From Botryllus schlosseri (taxonomy: Eukaryota), in contig CM119378.1 in the NCBI GenBank assembly GCA_051294905.1, positions 682,001-746,000 on the forward strand: 64,000 bases of DNA, given 5' to 3'. Every line of letters begins with the position of its first letter. The stretch's first letter is position 1. Positions 22,984 to 36,854 of the stretch are shown here, piece by piece. The notes below the pieces were generated by a model. The model worked only from the letters and a program-made list of their open reading frames with translations. It did no database searches and was not told the DNA's origin. Made by a program: the position numbers and the translations under genes.

Positions 22984-24331
22984 CAGTGGTTCCCAACGTG
23001 GGCGATATCGCCCCCCAGGGGGCGATTAGTAGGTCCAGGGGGGCGAAAATAGCCAAGGGGGCGATAGGGGGGCGAAAATGGACGAAGGGGGCGATAGGGG
23101 GGCGATGGCGCGTTGAAATGGTTATATTGGCTCCATGAACCAAGCCCCCAATTGAGATGGGGGGCCCGAGCTCGAAGGGGGACCACAATTTTTTCGAGAA
23201 TTAACATTATTTATAGAGTATTATTTTGGAAATATAGGCAACTTTTTCAAAAAAAATTTCGCGCTGCGCGCCATGTCGTGGTCACATATTTCTTGCTTAT
23301 TGGATACCCTTCCTCCAAGAAATAATACGCATGAGTTATAGAAATGGGTATCTCGGCGTCATCCATTGTCACACCATGACGCACCAAGACATATGAAGCT
23401 TCAGGCCACGTAATATGCGACTCCGAGAAGTGTGCCAGAACGAGAAAACCTTAGCGGAAGAGGACTGCCTTTATGCTGACCGACTTCGATATATATACGA
23501 TGTACAATGTACATATATATTTAATTGTCCATAGGTGCCTAAATGGCTGGCGCCAAATGTTCCTGTTCTGTCCAATCAGAACCCCACAAATAAATGTCAT
23601 CTCGCAGAGAAAAATTAGTTGCCAGTGCAGAAATACCAATTTGAAATCGTGTGCGTCTTTTAGTTTAGTACCTATGGGCGATTTGAATATCTTTTGACAT
23701 AGCAAACAGGCCACGAAATGTCATTACGTAACGAAGTCATTATACCCACGGGTCCGCCCGAATATGTTCAATCATTATTTACGGGCCCTGCATTTTCCAA
23801 GACACCTCACTCAGCTTTACCGGTAAATCATCTGAATACATGAGCAGAGAGAGGATAAAAAATTGACAGCAATATTTATGCAATTCCCGATCATATTGAC
23901 CGATTCAATCATGAATAATAGAAATTTTTCGCGCTTCGCGCGAATTAAGCAGACTAACTAAAGAGTCTAACAATTTGTGCTGAGAAGTAACGGTAAAGAG
24001 GTATCGAGGGAGTTGGGTCTGGGGGTGCAGAATTTTGCTTTATCGCCTAGGAGGGGGTCAAGACCAAAGTATAGGGAGGGCTGACGAAGTGCTGTGACGG
24101 TCCTTTGGGAATCAAGTCGGAGAAATCACCTTTTTTGTTAGTCAACTCACCAAAATTTACCTGGAACAGTGTAATTTCGAGGTCGAGCCGAAAAGTTGAC
24201 CTTTTTTCTTAGTCAACTCGCCGGTGATTTCAGTCCGTATGCCCATTTTTATGTTCCCAATATTTGGGGGGCGATGATCGGTGTGGAGTTTGAAAAGGGG
24301 GCGATGAGTCGAAAAAGGTTGGGAACCACTG
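22984..24331. mobile_element. hAT (Charlie-like) MITE with GGGGCGA motifs
   Basis: TIR CAGTGGTTCCCAAC; perfect TSD ATCTAAAT. Shorter family member at 36496-36854. Confidence 0.92.
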
Positions 24332-25628
24332 ATCTAAATGAAGGTGCTGCGGCAAATCTCATTAACTGAATAATTCGAGGCTCTGAATCTTCATCTGCGT
24401 ACTGGAAAATATTCAACCCAGCAGAGAAATGTTGGTGGCAAGGATTGTCCGATATCTGTTCTAGTACCAAGCCGACATGTTGCGTCAATTCAGCAGCATC
24501 CGTAACGGCTGCATCTTCAGTAGCATCTTCATCATGAGCATAGCTGTTGATGTCTGGAGTGGTCTCTGCCAGCAAGGCGTTGATTTTTCTCATCGCCTTT
24601 TCCACTTTGCCAGTTCCAGAGTCAGTATCCATGAAGTGATCTTTCACTCGAAGCATAACTTCAAGATTTGTTTGTGTTAGGCGATTGCGACTCTTGGTTG
24701 CAGTTGCTGCCGCAGATGACCAAAGCCTCTCACAAGACGCAGCATGTGGAACGCACGAAAGAACAGTCCTGGCGAGTTTTGAAAGTTCCGGAGAAACAAC
24801 AGCTAAATCCTTCCAGAATAATGCCGGCCGTGCCGTTAAAAACGGTACCCAGATAGTGGATTCTGCATCAACAACTCCTAAAAAAAATCAGGGTAATATC
24901 AGAAACGTGCAGTGATAGGTATGCAGTGTGCACTGGTAGACTCACCTTCTTTACAATCATAGTCGAACCAGTGTTTGATGATGTTAGAAGCAGATTCATC
25001 ATTGAAGCTTGGTTCTATTTTTGAAAATATTTTTTTGGCCAGATCCTGAACAAGCCTTTTGCCAGTCATGTTCAAGCCACAGCCTCTAACTCGGGGATCT
25101 AGAACTCAGGCTACTAGATGATGGTCCTCGACATAGTTTTCTGTTCTTCGTTGCATCTTTGATAAAACCAGACTCTTCTCATCAGCATCCAGAGCGGTAG
25201 TCTTTTTTATCTCAAGCTTGAGCCACATCCAGCCTGATAGGATTAGCCCAGCGGAAGTATTGTCCAATTCTGAGATGGCTGTAAAAATGCAAGATTTACG
25301 ATTCAAACATATCACCTGTTAACTCTTAGTTAAATGTTGGGGAGTAAAAAGAACTACAATCCTTGTTGTTTCCATTAAGAATCAAGATGTTCAAATTGAT
25401 CATGTATTGTGGTGTAGCGGTAATATCAGTTTATCATCAAGGAATGCAAATTATTCACAATATAATTTGAATGAAGTAGCATAGTTATGATTGCCAGTGT
25501 CGAACAGTCGTCTCGTTACTTTTTTTGCTCAGAGTGTTGTTCAACTGCCTCAATATGAAGTTTATCAGCAACTAACCAGTAATGACATAATATGGCTTGA
25601 GTAGACCATAGATCGCTTTAGTATCTTC

Positions 25629-26950
25629 CAGGCGCGTATCCAGAGCGCGACAAAGGGGGGGGGGGGTTGCGTTACGAAATTGGCTATTATGACGTCATCA
25701 TTACAATTACTCGTCTCAGCGCTATGGCGAATATTTACGATATTGTATAGTTTAATAATAAAAAGAGATTTGCGGTGAGTGGGACATGTACGAATACGAT
25801 ACAGACATTGCCTGAAAATCGCGTTTCTTCTACGGTATGATTGAAAGAAATTCGTAATTGCTCACATTTAGTCATGAGCCCGCAAACGCCGCCCGTCTCC
25901 AAGCGCCTAGTTCCGGCCAGAGATGCGCGATTTTGTTGGGTTTTGACGATATTATGCGCACGGTCGGTAGTATCGCAGCGGACGAACAAGCGCGGAATAA
26001 GGCGGTAGCATAAACGAGGGCGATCGCAATCGCCACAGAGAGGTGTGGTGTGAACAGTGTACGTCGTACACGAATGTGTGCTTTTCGATGGGTTTACTAG
26101 CCTTACGGCTGAGCGTGTAGTACGCGCGAAGGTAATTAGACTTTAATTGCAAATACGCCAGTCAGTCAATTAATACAGAGTACACACTGGGATAATAACT
26201 TGATCGACAGAGAAACTTGTCAGCCGATATAATTAGGTTAACTTTACTACTAGGCCTACTCAATTCTCCCGTTCAGCGACAACACAGGCCTGTATTTGGA
26301 CGCCAGCAAGCCACCTAACAATCGGGAACGTGGATTGCTAGGCTTGTATTTTGAATTGTGAATGTCAATCGTAGACAATTTCTCGCCAATAATCGCGAAG
26401 ACAATGTGGATTTGAGAATAGCATCGTCGTACTGGTGCCGCCGTGTCTGCGTCTCGCTGATCAATCAACACGCCGTGCAATTCGTAATTAGGATTTCGAG
26501 GCGAGCAGGCGCAGCGAATTCGCGGGCGATGTTGATTGCCGACAACTTCGTCTTTGCAATGACGAATCGCGTCGGCCAATTAGATTAGATTTTCCTAAAA
26601 TGCGTCTCTCGTTTTAGCAAGGCGAGAGAGAAATCGAGGGAATAAAGTTGAGAACGTCAGCGACTACCGCTGAAATGTAGCTGAACAAGCGCAGAATTCG
26701 TATGGAATTAGCGAAATATAATGACCTATTTTATCCTTTCGACTAATTCGGCGCATGATTCCAAGATTTGGTAGGGGTTTTAGTCCCCTTAAATAACATT
26801 AACACGCCATATTCGCCTTCTCATACGTAAAAACGAATATGTTAAACTAATAAATTAGCAAATATTAGAGGCTATATTTTACATCAATTTTTAGGATTTT
26901 GAAAAGGGGGGGGTTCCGACCCCCTAAACCCCCCCCTGGATACGCCACTG
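25629..26950. mobile_element. hAT-type MITE
   Basis: TIR CAG(GC/TG)GCGTATCCAG with poly-G/poly-C subterminals; perfect TSD GTATCTTC. Confidence 0.88.
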
Positions 26951-28477
26951 GTATCTTCCCAAAATTTCTTATCATTGATGATTGTTCGGACAGTACATGC
27001 ACTCGCTGTATTCAAGTGCGGTTTCGACGTTTCGACAATAATCCACACTTGATTTATTTGACTCCATGACTGAGAAGGTTCAAGCCGTCAAGGGAGCATG
27101 TACTATCTTATACACAGCATGACCATGACAAACCACGGATGCCGATATTAATATTGATTCATCGCTACGGTATAGTGCGATCATTTATCACCCATACCCG
27201 TTGCCCCGAAGACTACCAAACCTTACCCTAGCCCCAAACCTATGCTATCTACAATACCCCAGCCATAATTGCATGATGATACGTAACATCGTAACCCTAA
27301 TTATTGACGCCATAAGCTGAGACATGTTCATGGGGAACACTAGCTATTGATAATCTTGTAGTTGTGGATAAGGAAGTAGGCTCAAAAGATGTTTCTAGGA
27401 CTATGTGCTAAGTATCTTTCGGTTGACGCGTTGCATATCAGATATTACCACATCAAGCATAAGCAAGGGTTTTTAGATATGCAAAGAGAATTCGGTAGCA
27501 GTGCTGTGCCCATACCCTGTCAACGTATTACCATGCACATGCAGTATTCAAGCGATTACATGAATTGGATTCATTCATAATACAGTAACATGGTATCTTA
27601 CCTGCGTATGAGTTTTCATTCTGATTACTTGACCCATCATATCAGCACCGCAATAAATGCAAACGGCTCTTTTGCATCGCTTTAGCATTAGAGGTGCGGG
27701 AATCTCCCGAAATATACTCCAGATTGAGTTTCGTTTTCGCCCTCCCACCATCGCCTTGTAAACAGCAGCACCACGGACACACCGAATCCACAGCAAAGCT
27801 CAAGAACTGCCTGATCGCCGTCACCGCCTATTGGGCTCGAAAGTCACGTGACTTTTCAGCATAGCAACCACCGTCTGGGGCCAAGCGCGTTTCTGGTATC
27901 ATCTTCTCTGCGACAGTAATGCATTTGTATGTCGCAATTTCTGCTACTGCGCTGGTCTTTGCTGTCACATTATGTGTTTGTGTTACAGGATTGATTTTTT
28001 TTCGTGCAGATAGATGACAATGTATAGTATTCAATTAACATGATGGAGTATAGAGCAGTTTAAGATAGCCAATTTCAAACAAATAATTCCAAGGTTTAGT
28101 ACTTTCATATGGACCTACTAACTATTCATCGTATGGCTGCAGCATTATTATGCTTCAAGTGTATACTTCGACACGGAGACAGTGATCAGTCAACATCGGA
28201 GATTATTATTATTGTAACATTACCGTACCGTGTTGAATTTGATTTCAGATGGATTTGGTTAAGCTACTTTTACGATTTGCGAGTTCTTCAACAATAATCC
28301 GAATCTGGTCAAAAGAAGTCAAAATGACTTAGACAACGACCATCCAATATCAGCAATGTATGGTGGTGATGGCAAAGAATTGGGAAATATTCAGTTCAGC
28401 CATGAGTATAATGAAAGTTTATGACGTAGAGGTTGGTAACTGCAAAATTACCTGAAAGATTGGGGAAGCGTTGGAAT

Positions 28478-28662
28478 TGAGTTCGAATCCCACTTGACGC
28501 AAGTGGGTCGGAGGCTTATCTGGACTCTCCACTGCTTACCTAACTACATGAGCAGCATCATGTAATCAAGCCCAGATGGCTAAGTAAAGCCGATGAGGCT
28601 CGAAAATCGGCACCACTGACGAGGACGTATGGAAGCAAGCAAGAGAAGAAAGAAAGAAAAAG
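28478..28662 (+). mobile_element. Possible 5'-truncated tRNA-derived SINE
   Basis: B-box-like GAGTTCGAATCCC at 28479-28491 and an A-rich (GAAA)n tail at about 28640-28662; no A-box or cloverleaf. Confidence 0.4.
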
Positions 28663-28723
28663 CTTATCAAAAAGCAAAGAGACCCTTGAACTTTAAAGCA
28701 TTTATGTTGTGGTGCAAACAGAC

Positions 28724-28911
28724 GATCATCATCATCATCATCGGTTTATTAGCAATTTTATCAGTTCAATACACCACAAAATGCGATACAATGAAAAGAC
28801 AGGAAGATGTCGAGGCGACTTGGAGTAGTCTATGGAATCAGACACCCATCTTGACCTAGGCGATGTAAAGAGGAGGCATGCACACTGAATGAAAGTAAAG
28901 AAGATAGTATT
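28724..28911 (-). mobile_element. LINE 3'-UTR fragment (same family as 2796-3435)
   Basis: Near-identical to 2796-2980, including the ATC-repeat tail. Confidence 0.88.
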
Positions 28912-29821
28912 TCCACCTATTCAGAGTACTATGTAATATTGCATACTTGCCGGAGTGTTATATTTTTTAAAGTATAGTTTTAGGACATGTTTGCGGCACT
29001 TTTGTAATGTGTGTATTGACAGATATCAAGTGTCCCTATTCTACCAAATCAAGATCATTAATAGACTTGAGCGTTTAGAAGAAAGTCTTCATTTTGAAAT
29101 GAGTCGTCGATACTATAGTACTTGCCCAGCATCACAAGTACTTTGACAAGTGCAGGGCAGCTTGTGCATTGCATACTCAAAACTTATGCCATTTCTTCGT
29201 TTTGGACCCGACGATTCCCTTGAGATTCTGAATAGAAGAACTACCTAATTCTGATATAACAATATTTCCACAACAATATTTTCTTAATCTTGCATAGTTG
29301 CATACTCTCGCTTGATTTTACAAAATTCTAAGAGTGCTGACGAAATCAATTACTGGCCAATAAATTCGACAAATTCACAACTTGAGAATGTATTTCCTTT
29401 GTACCGAGAATGAAACAGATAGAATTTAGGTATTGGTCACAGATTAGGTATTCCTGATTAATGTTGCCAACTTGCCATAAACGGATGCAGTTTTGACTTA
29501 AGCTATACACTGCTACTGTGGAGTTGTCTTAAACTGACGACTCACTTAAACACACAGAGTTGGCTTGAAAATGGGCAGTCATAAGCAATACAATTGATAG
29601 GACTGTGTTGGTATATCGAAATTGACGAGAATAACAGCAAGCAGTGTAACTGTGAGCACTCCATGGCAATCTGTAGTTATTGCGTTTCTGCATCGCGTCG
29701 ACGTAAGTATCTTCCATTGACAAGCCAAGATCCTGAACGGCGTTTGTGTAAATTCACGGTGCTCTGGCCCTGAGAACGACGGTAAGGGATACCAGTGTTT
29801 TCGGGTCCGTATGGTTACGAG

Positions 29822-30935
29822 CAATGTTCCCTCTAATTTTTCAAGAGTCTGCGCAAACACGCTAACTCACTGCGCAGGCCCTCGGACAACAGTTCGCAAC
29901 CACCCTCCAATAGGGTGATAAAACTAACTACTGGGGGGCTTCTTCCGGTACTTATCATATACATTGGGTGCCTATTTAGTAGTAGCGCCACTAAATGCGC
30001 GAAGCGCGAAAAATTTTCTATAATTTATGATTGCATCGGCCAATATGACCGGGAATTGCATTTGTATATATCAAAGTTTTCAGTCAGCACCGGGGCACTC
30101 TTTTTCGCCCAAGGTTTTCTCGCTGTTGATCGTTCTGGCGCACTTCTTGGATTCACATGTTACATAGCGTTTAACTTCATATGTCTTGGCGCGTCACGGT
30201 GCGGTAATGGCCGATGCCCAACTGCCCGCTTCTATAAATCATGCCTAATTTTTGTTGGGAAAGGGTACCCAATAATCAGATATCTTACAATAATAAAACG
30301 CGCGTAGCGCGAAAAAAAAATCCTGAAAAATTGCAGAAAATACACCATGATTTATGTTAATTCTCGAAATAATTTTGGACCCCCTTCGAGCTCGGCCCCT
30401 CCAATTGGAGGGTTTGGGGTGCGAAAGTTACGGTCCTGAGTAAATCTTACGCAATGTTCATGCCACGCGAAGAAGACTATCATTCGTTTGTTTCTCGCAG
30501 ATTAACTTCGGAGCTAGCCCATTGTTATTTAAAACTTTGTTAAACCATGTTATTTTGCCATTCCCATAAATGATGCGCTATTGAAATGATATCAGTATCG
30601 CTCGCGTCAGAGTGTACGAGGCCATACTAAAATAATATCTTCCGTTAGGCGCAGGTGATTGTGAACTCTAATTTCTTCCCGGACCGCAATAGTTACCTTT
30701 GCGGGGCGCACTTGTACCTCGGTTTCGGACTTAGTGATAACACTATTTGGCCCTGGCAATGTTCCATCTCAATTTTCAAGAATCTGCGCGCCTGCGTGGT
30801 CCATTGGACAACAATGCGCAACAACTATAAAAAACGTCATTTCTGATTTTTTTGTGCGCAGCGTAGATTTTCTGTGCGCAGAGACCGTTTCAGCACTGCG
30901 CATTTGCGCACGTGCGCAGCTTAGAGGGAACATTG
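29822..30935. mobile_element. hAT-type MITE (TGCGCA motifs)
   Basis: TIR CAATGTTCCCTCTAA; perfect TSD GTTACGAG; interrupts the Harbinger-like DDE remnant. Confidence 0.92.
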
Positions 30936-32954
30936 GTTACGAGGCTGGTCTCGCAAATAACCTACTGGTGGCATTGATGTACCATATGTCGACAACAATG
31001 TCAGTTCCTTCCCAGCGTTTTGGGTGGATTTCTACAAGTTCAGGAAGTATATGTGGTCCCGACTTTTAAGGCCGGTAGCGTCTTGAAGTGTGTCGCTCCA
31101 CCTCCCTACGGTGACGTCATTCCATAGATAGTTGAGCTGCATTTTCTCACAGTTCAAGGGGTAAGTAGCGTGCGTGTGCTTCTCGTTCTTGCGATGATGG
31201 AGATGTGTCTTCTGGAGAGCAGTTTTTGGCAGAGATACCAATTGCATCATACAAGATGCCGGGATCAAAGATGCCCCGGATATGGTTTACATATAGCGCA
31301 CAGTGCAACTTCACTAGCACAGCAATCAGGTACAGATTAGTGAGGCTAGCATCAATGTTTGCATTGATTTGTTAAACATCTAAAAGTATCTATAAAGAGA
31401 ATAAAATAGTTATGAATTACCCTCTGATTTTTGTTCAAGAAATTTGTGTAAATTTTGTATAGAGCAATGCAAAAGCTACTGAAAGTAGAAAATTTTTAAT
31501 TTGGCGCAACTAGCCAAATTTGCTAAACATTTTTTGAAAACTCAACAATTTCATGGCATAGCCAGTAAAATTTAATAAAACTATTTTATTTTTTCAATAA
31601 ATTCAATTTTTTTTAAATCTGATAGCTTCACTTCTGCATGTTGGAATTGAGCCAAATCTAGTGTGCAACCTTTTTTCAAGCCACCTAACAATTTTGTTCA
31701 TGAGCCAGTGAAATTTGGAAAAAAAGTTATTTTTGAACAACACTGATGTATAGAAACTTGACCAAAATTTAGAAAAACATTGGCAACAGTGCCAGTACTA
31801 AATTATAGGAAGTAGTGTCATGAGTAACACCAAGACCTGGTCTCCCATTGAAAGAATATTTACATTCCAGTTAGAATGATACCAAATTGTAAATCGCTGC
31901 ATCATCAAAAAAACCAAGTCGAAAGTACGGTACTCTTATCCTTGTCCGGCAATAGCAGTCTTCTCAGCACTATCCTTGAAACAATCAATAACTTCCTTCT
32001 GATTGGCATGGTTGAATATAAATTTGGCTGACCGAAATTCTTGATTATCTTTTTCGATAAATGGCACAGATATCTTAAAAGCTAACCGATGCCTGCAGTT
32101 GATGCATCTATTCTTAGGCCACTTTCACTACATAAACACTTTTAAAAAATCTAATAATTGTGGCTTATCTTAAATCATTTGCTATTGAAGCTGACTCGAT
32201 TACGCTGTCTTGGGGCACACGAGATACCGGTATGACATTTGATACCACCAAACAAACAAGTCAACATAGTTCAAATGTTAATTATATTTATCATTCTCAC
32301 TAGCTTTATTAATTTCAGTCACTTTCCTGTCGTTTTCTGGCAATTCAGAAGTCGATGGAAAGACTACTCCGAATTGTTTTCTCATCCATTATAACAAATT
32401 GGCACGTTATACCCTGGCATTTTGCGCGGCTGCAAAACAACATAATCCTACCTAGTTAGTATCTAAAAGTCCTGAAACTAGCTAATAAGTCATAGAAGAT
32501 AACATAAAACCCAGAACTGTACTTCAAACAACCTCACTGAGACAGAAAATACGATTTAAAAACAGACCAATATCACAAATTAACACAGGCAGCGGCTATC
32601 TAAGATAGTTGTTTGGCCCCAGCGAACCAGAAGTCACGTGACTTTCGAGCCCAATTGCGAGCACTATGTTCCCGCCTTGCCCTCGATTCGCTAAACCGTG
32701 CCGGTACCGGTGACGAAAAACGATGTCCGGGTTGTGTCAATATACAATGGTTGTCCAAAAAATATATTCACGCATCTTTTTAAAAATTAAAAATAAAAAC
32801 CAAAAAATCATTTATATCAAAACGGTAAAATTAAAATCAAAAATCAAAGGAAAAATCATGATTTAAATCACACTGATTTAAATCAGCCTGATATTTACCA
32901 GAACCCTAATCCCTAATACGCAGTGTACAGAGCAAAAATATGAACAAAAGCAAG

Positions 32955-33122
32955 AACAATGAAGGCGTAGCAAGTGCAACAGTATTCACAGTCATTGCGA
33001 ATCATGAATCATTTCAGTATTTTTCAACAACAACAACAACAACAACAACAGAGGAAGGCGTAGCAAATGGAACAGTATTACATCACAGTCATTGCAAATC
33101 ATAACTATTCAGTATTTGCAAC
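32955..33122. repeat. Two-copy tandem duplication containing a (CAA)n microsatellite
   Basis: GAAGGCGTAGCAA.TG.AACAGTATT...CACAGTCATTGC.AATCAT occurs twice; (CAA)8 at about 33025-33049. Confidence 0.85.
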
Positions 33123-33764
33123 AAGAAAATTCCGGTATTTGAAGTGGGTGTACTGGTTGTAGAACCATAGTGATCTGTAGTGCAAGTTCTAGCAACTTTT
33201 GTAACTTTTTTTACAGCTTCCGGCAGCTTCCTAAATACCCGTAAGATATGTAGAATGCTGTTTTAAGCTGTTTGAAGGAATCTTATAGTGCAACTTTTTG
33301 CAACTCTTTGCAACATTTTGCAACTTTTTCGATTTTTCATGAAAGTGTTTTCGGTTTTGGTGAAATACACGGCCAAATTCGATTGAAACACCGTAAATCA
33401 GCACCGAAGTATGGGTATTTCAGGAGCTGAGTCGGTAAATTGACCTTTTGTTTAGTCAACCGATCAAAATGTGGTCTTTTAGTGCAACTTTTGAAACTTT
33501 TGTCAAAAATAAATAAATAAATGCAACTTTCCGCGGATTTAACCACAACAAAAACTTGCCCTAGTGATGAGGTGTTACAGTTGTATCCATAAAAACCGAT
33601 AGCCAAGTCCAAATATCAGGCCAAGACTGTCGCTGTGTAAGTCGATGTGACCATGCAGATAGTTCTTACTGAACTAAACGCAACCCTGAAAATGCGTTAT
33701 ACGTCTACGTCATGTTATGAAAATTGCAGGGTGATTCTACTCACGATGATTCAACATATAGTGT

Positions 33765-34405
33765 TCAATGTTAGTTCAATCAAAGATAATCCAAGAATCA
33801 TCAACGAAAAACTCAAATAACTCAACTTCTGCTAGTTGGAATTGAGTCAAATCTGTTTTGTATTGTCTTTGAAGACAATTCTACAATTGCATGTGGTTGA
33901 CAGAAAAATTTGAAATTTTGATTGGCTCTCAGGTGGCTTATACTTATCGGAATTGAACCAAATTTGGCGTGCAGCGTTATTGTCGAGTAACTTGACAATA
34001 TAATGAGTGAAGGGCAGGAATCCGAAAAAAAGCTATTTTTGATACAGCTGTAGTGTGCATTCGAGTGTGCATTCGAGTTTTTCGTTGATAAATCTCGGAT
34101 TATCCTTGATCCAGGGATTATCAACGAAAAACTCGACTAACTCTGCTTCTACAAGTCGGAATTGACTCAAATTTGTTTTGCATCGTCTTTGAAGACAGCT
34201 CCACAATTTCATGGGGTTGACAGAAAAATTTGAAAAATTTTTTTTTTCAATTTTTAATAATAAATACGAAATTTCAATTCAAGATTGCACGGCCTCTACT
34301 GGTTGGAATTGAGTCAAATTTGGTGTGCATCGTTTTCTTAGACAACCTGACGATTTAATCATTAGGCGAGTGAGATTTGGAAAAAAAGTTTTTTTTGAAC
34401 AACCG
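33765..34405. mobile_element. Degenerate copy of the palindromic element family seen intact at 42308-42914
   Basis: Shared GGAATTGAGTCAAAT...TTTTGCATCGT.TTTGAAGACAG and TTTTTGAACA motifs; further fragment at about 31400-31745. Confidence 0.7.
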
Positions 34406-36495
34406 TAATAAACATGTCTTTGAGAGGTAAAGACAATGCCGTCTTCAGGTTTAGGGGTTCGAATCCGCATATTTTCAGAATCATCAAATTTAAGTTACTG
34501 TCACGCCGGCGGATATATCAGATATAATAAATTCTAAGCTACTTTTACGATGAATTGCGTTATCAATGGTGAGGCTTGGCCAGTCTGTGCAGACTTGGAC
34601 AACTAGATAATTCTAGTTGTCTAATTTCACTGAATTAAAGCGAAATGCCAGAGCTAATTTCAATCTAATTTGGAAAATGTTTCCATGCTCTAATTCTAAT
34701 CTAATTTGATATGCTATAATTATATTTTTAATCTAATCTGTGAAATGTTCTTATGCTCTAATTCTACAAATCTAATTTTGTGAAATGTCCCTAATTCTAA
34801 TCTAATTTACCGTGTTCCTGAAAATGTCTCTTCGTCTGAAACATTTTGCAGCGAGGTAACAAGAATATCCCTCTCGCACAGGGATATCCAGTGCCAAGCC
34901 GCCATCCCCTTACTTACACCGTACAGCAGCGGTCAGGAACCTATGGCTCGCGAGCCATATATGGCTCTTTTGGGTATAATGTATGGCTCTTTGACAAATT
35001 TTAATTTTTGCACTTAATTTATCAATATTGCAGCAACTTGTTAGTAAATTTTCATGACGGCCCGAATAATTATTCTTGTGGCAGCATCAACAGTAGGGTA
35101 ACTAGGGTTAGGGATTCGGACCCCCTTTTCAAAATCCCAAAATTTAAGCTGCTGTCGCGGCGGTGACTAACACCACTGACGAAATTGGTCTACCCGACAT
35201 CGCGCGCCTCGTAATCTTGGATTGCACGATACCTTGACATGGCGACGCTTGTTGAACAATGCAGTTTTCAAATACACATTGTCTTCCTCAGTGGTGGCCC
35301 TACGATTGGTGGGGCCCTGGGCGAGACTTCCGGGGGGGGGGCTATAAGTATGTAATCGAAGCTTCTGGGGTCTCTGCCTCCCAGACCCCCCTTTCACATC
35401 TATTATTACAAACTTGATATTAGTGTGCCATATGGACGGGATTACGTGATGTGTATATGATACCATACCAAGGTTTTCTAGCAGGCCGGAATGTTGAATT
35501 GCTCTAGCTCTTGAGCCTTCTTTTTTCATACATTGTCAAATTATAAAAGAAGTGAACCAGTTAATTATAGCTCATGCCTTCATGTTGAAGATGTATGCCA
35601 TGCAGTGTGAAGTAATAGAATAGCGATACAAGTGCTGCAGGCTAAATAGACCCAAACAAATCTGGAAAGCTATCGGCTGACATTAGTAATGAGCTAGCAC
35701 ACAACGTCAAGGTTTGAGCCAGGCGCTGATGGATTAGGTCATATCTATTATTGCATGGTTGCAAGGATACTACTTCAAAACTAAGTACCTCTACCGCATG
35801 CAGAGACTTGATGGTTATCGGGATACGGGACTTTTCTAACAAATGCAGAGATTTGATCATTATTGACCAAAGAGGGGGGGGGGGGCTTCGAACAGGGGTG
35901 GCCCGGGCGACCGCCTACGTTGTCCACCCCAAAAGCCACCACTGGTCTTCCTGATCAACTCCGATAAATAAAATTTTTGGAAGTGACATTAACAATTACA
36001 AATTCAAATTAAAAACAATGCCATAGCTATTCAACATTAGTACCGTAACGTAAGTAGCCGTAAATTGTAGGTGTGTAGTCATAAGTTGCGCCGAATACTC
36101 CAGACAGTGGTTCCCAACCCTTTTGTCTTCATTCCCCACTTCAGATTTATTCCGACTCCTCATTCCCCACTACCCAAAACTCTCGTCTTATTTGCTTCTA
36201 ACTTTTGTCATTACGGAGCAGCTAATTGCTTATTTAAGTAAACAAGACACACAACCACCTATTACTGCAACATAAAACGTATTTTGAACCGATGCCGGTT
36301 ACCCCCAGAATTAAAAAAAAAGCGTCATTTCATGTCATATTGGTCGTGCTTGATGCGTTTGTGGCGCCATCATTGGTTGGTCAGAGTCACAATAAGTTTT
36401 CGTGAACAAAACGCAATATAATTTTCGAATACATACATTCCAAAGCGGTTAACTTGTTACGGTAATCGTGCATGTGTCTCCATAAATATGTAAAC

Positions 36496-36854
36496 CAGTG
36501 GTTCCCAATGGGGGCGATGCGATTTGGCGGCCTAGGGGGACGAAAATGACGAAGGGGAAGATAGGGGGGCGAAAATGGACAAAGGGGCGACAGGGGGCGA
36601 AAATAGCGAAGGGGGCGGTGACGCGTTAAAACGGCTATTTTGGAGTCAAGTCGGAGAAATGACCTTTTTTTAGTCAACCCACGGAAATTTAGTTGCAAAA
36701 GTGTGCAAAAGCCCAAAAGTTGACCATTTTTTTAGTCAACCCGCCGATGATTACAGATTGTTTACCGATTTTTCAGTTCACAAAATCTGGGGGGCGATGA
36801 TCGGCGTTGAGCTTGAAAAGTGGGCGATGAGTCGAAAAAGGTTGGGAACCACTG
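36496..36854. mobile_element. hAT MITE (22984-24331 family), nested in another CAGTGGTTCCCAAC-ended MITE (about 36105-36927)
   Basis: TIR CAGTGGTTCCCAA; TSD ATGTAAAC/ATGTAGAA (6/8). Confidence 0.8.

Larger units (their letters stand above)
27832..32653. mobile_element. Decayed PIF/Harbinger-ISL2EU-like transposon
   Basis: Perfect IR TGGGCTCGAAAGTCACGTGACTT with AT on both flanks. Remnants: YqaJ-like HKYF-QVQG...CHFFV-WT (+, 29133-29207, frameshifted), Harbinger-like DDE RAR...NA-FRILACQWKIL (-, about 29705-29780), THAP-like SFHRL (-, about 32350-32375). Confidence 0.65.
22808..32908 (-). mobile_element. Decayed hAT transposon (BED-finger transposase remnants), inflated to 10.1 kb by nested insertions
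   Basis: TIR TAGGGTTC(C/T)GGTAAATATC; perfect TSD ATCCCTAA. Minus-strand GRKRNSIWSIF...RAVCIYCG..MMGQVIRMKTH (BED-like, about 27600-27750) and KSRNRL (hAT dimerisation-like, about 24680-24700). Confidence 0.85.

Noticed and set aside
24249..24915. 135-aa and overlapping ORFs as host genes
   Set aside because: They lie in the decayed hAT transposase 3' region and run into a MITE end.
28470..28500. tRNA gene
   Set aside because: Only a B-box-like motif; no cloverleaf or A-box (the same applies to GGTTCGAATCC near 34457).
28575..28640. Hammerhead-ribozyme-like CCGATGAG..GAAA / CTGACGAG motifs
   Set aside because: The first lacks the CUGA core and the second has no stem II/GAAA partner; the fold cannot be built.
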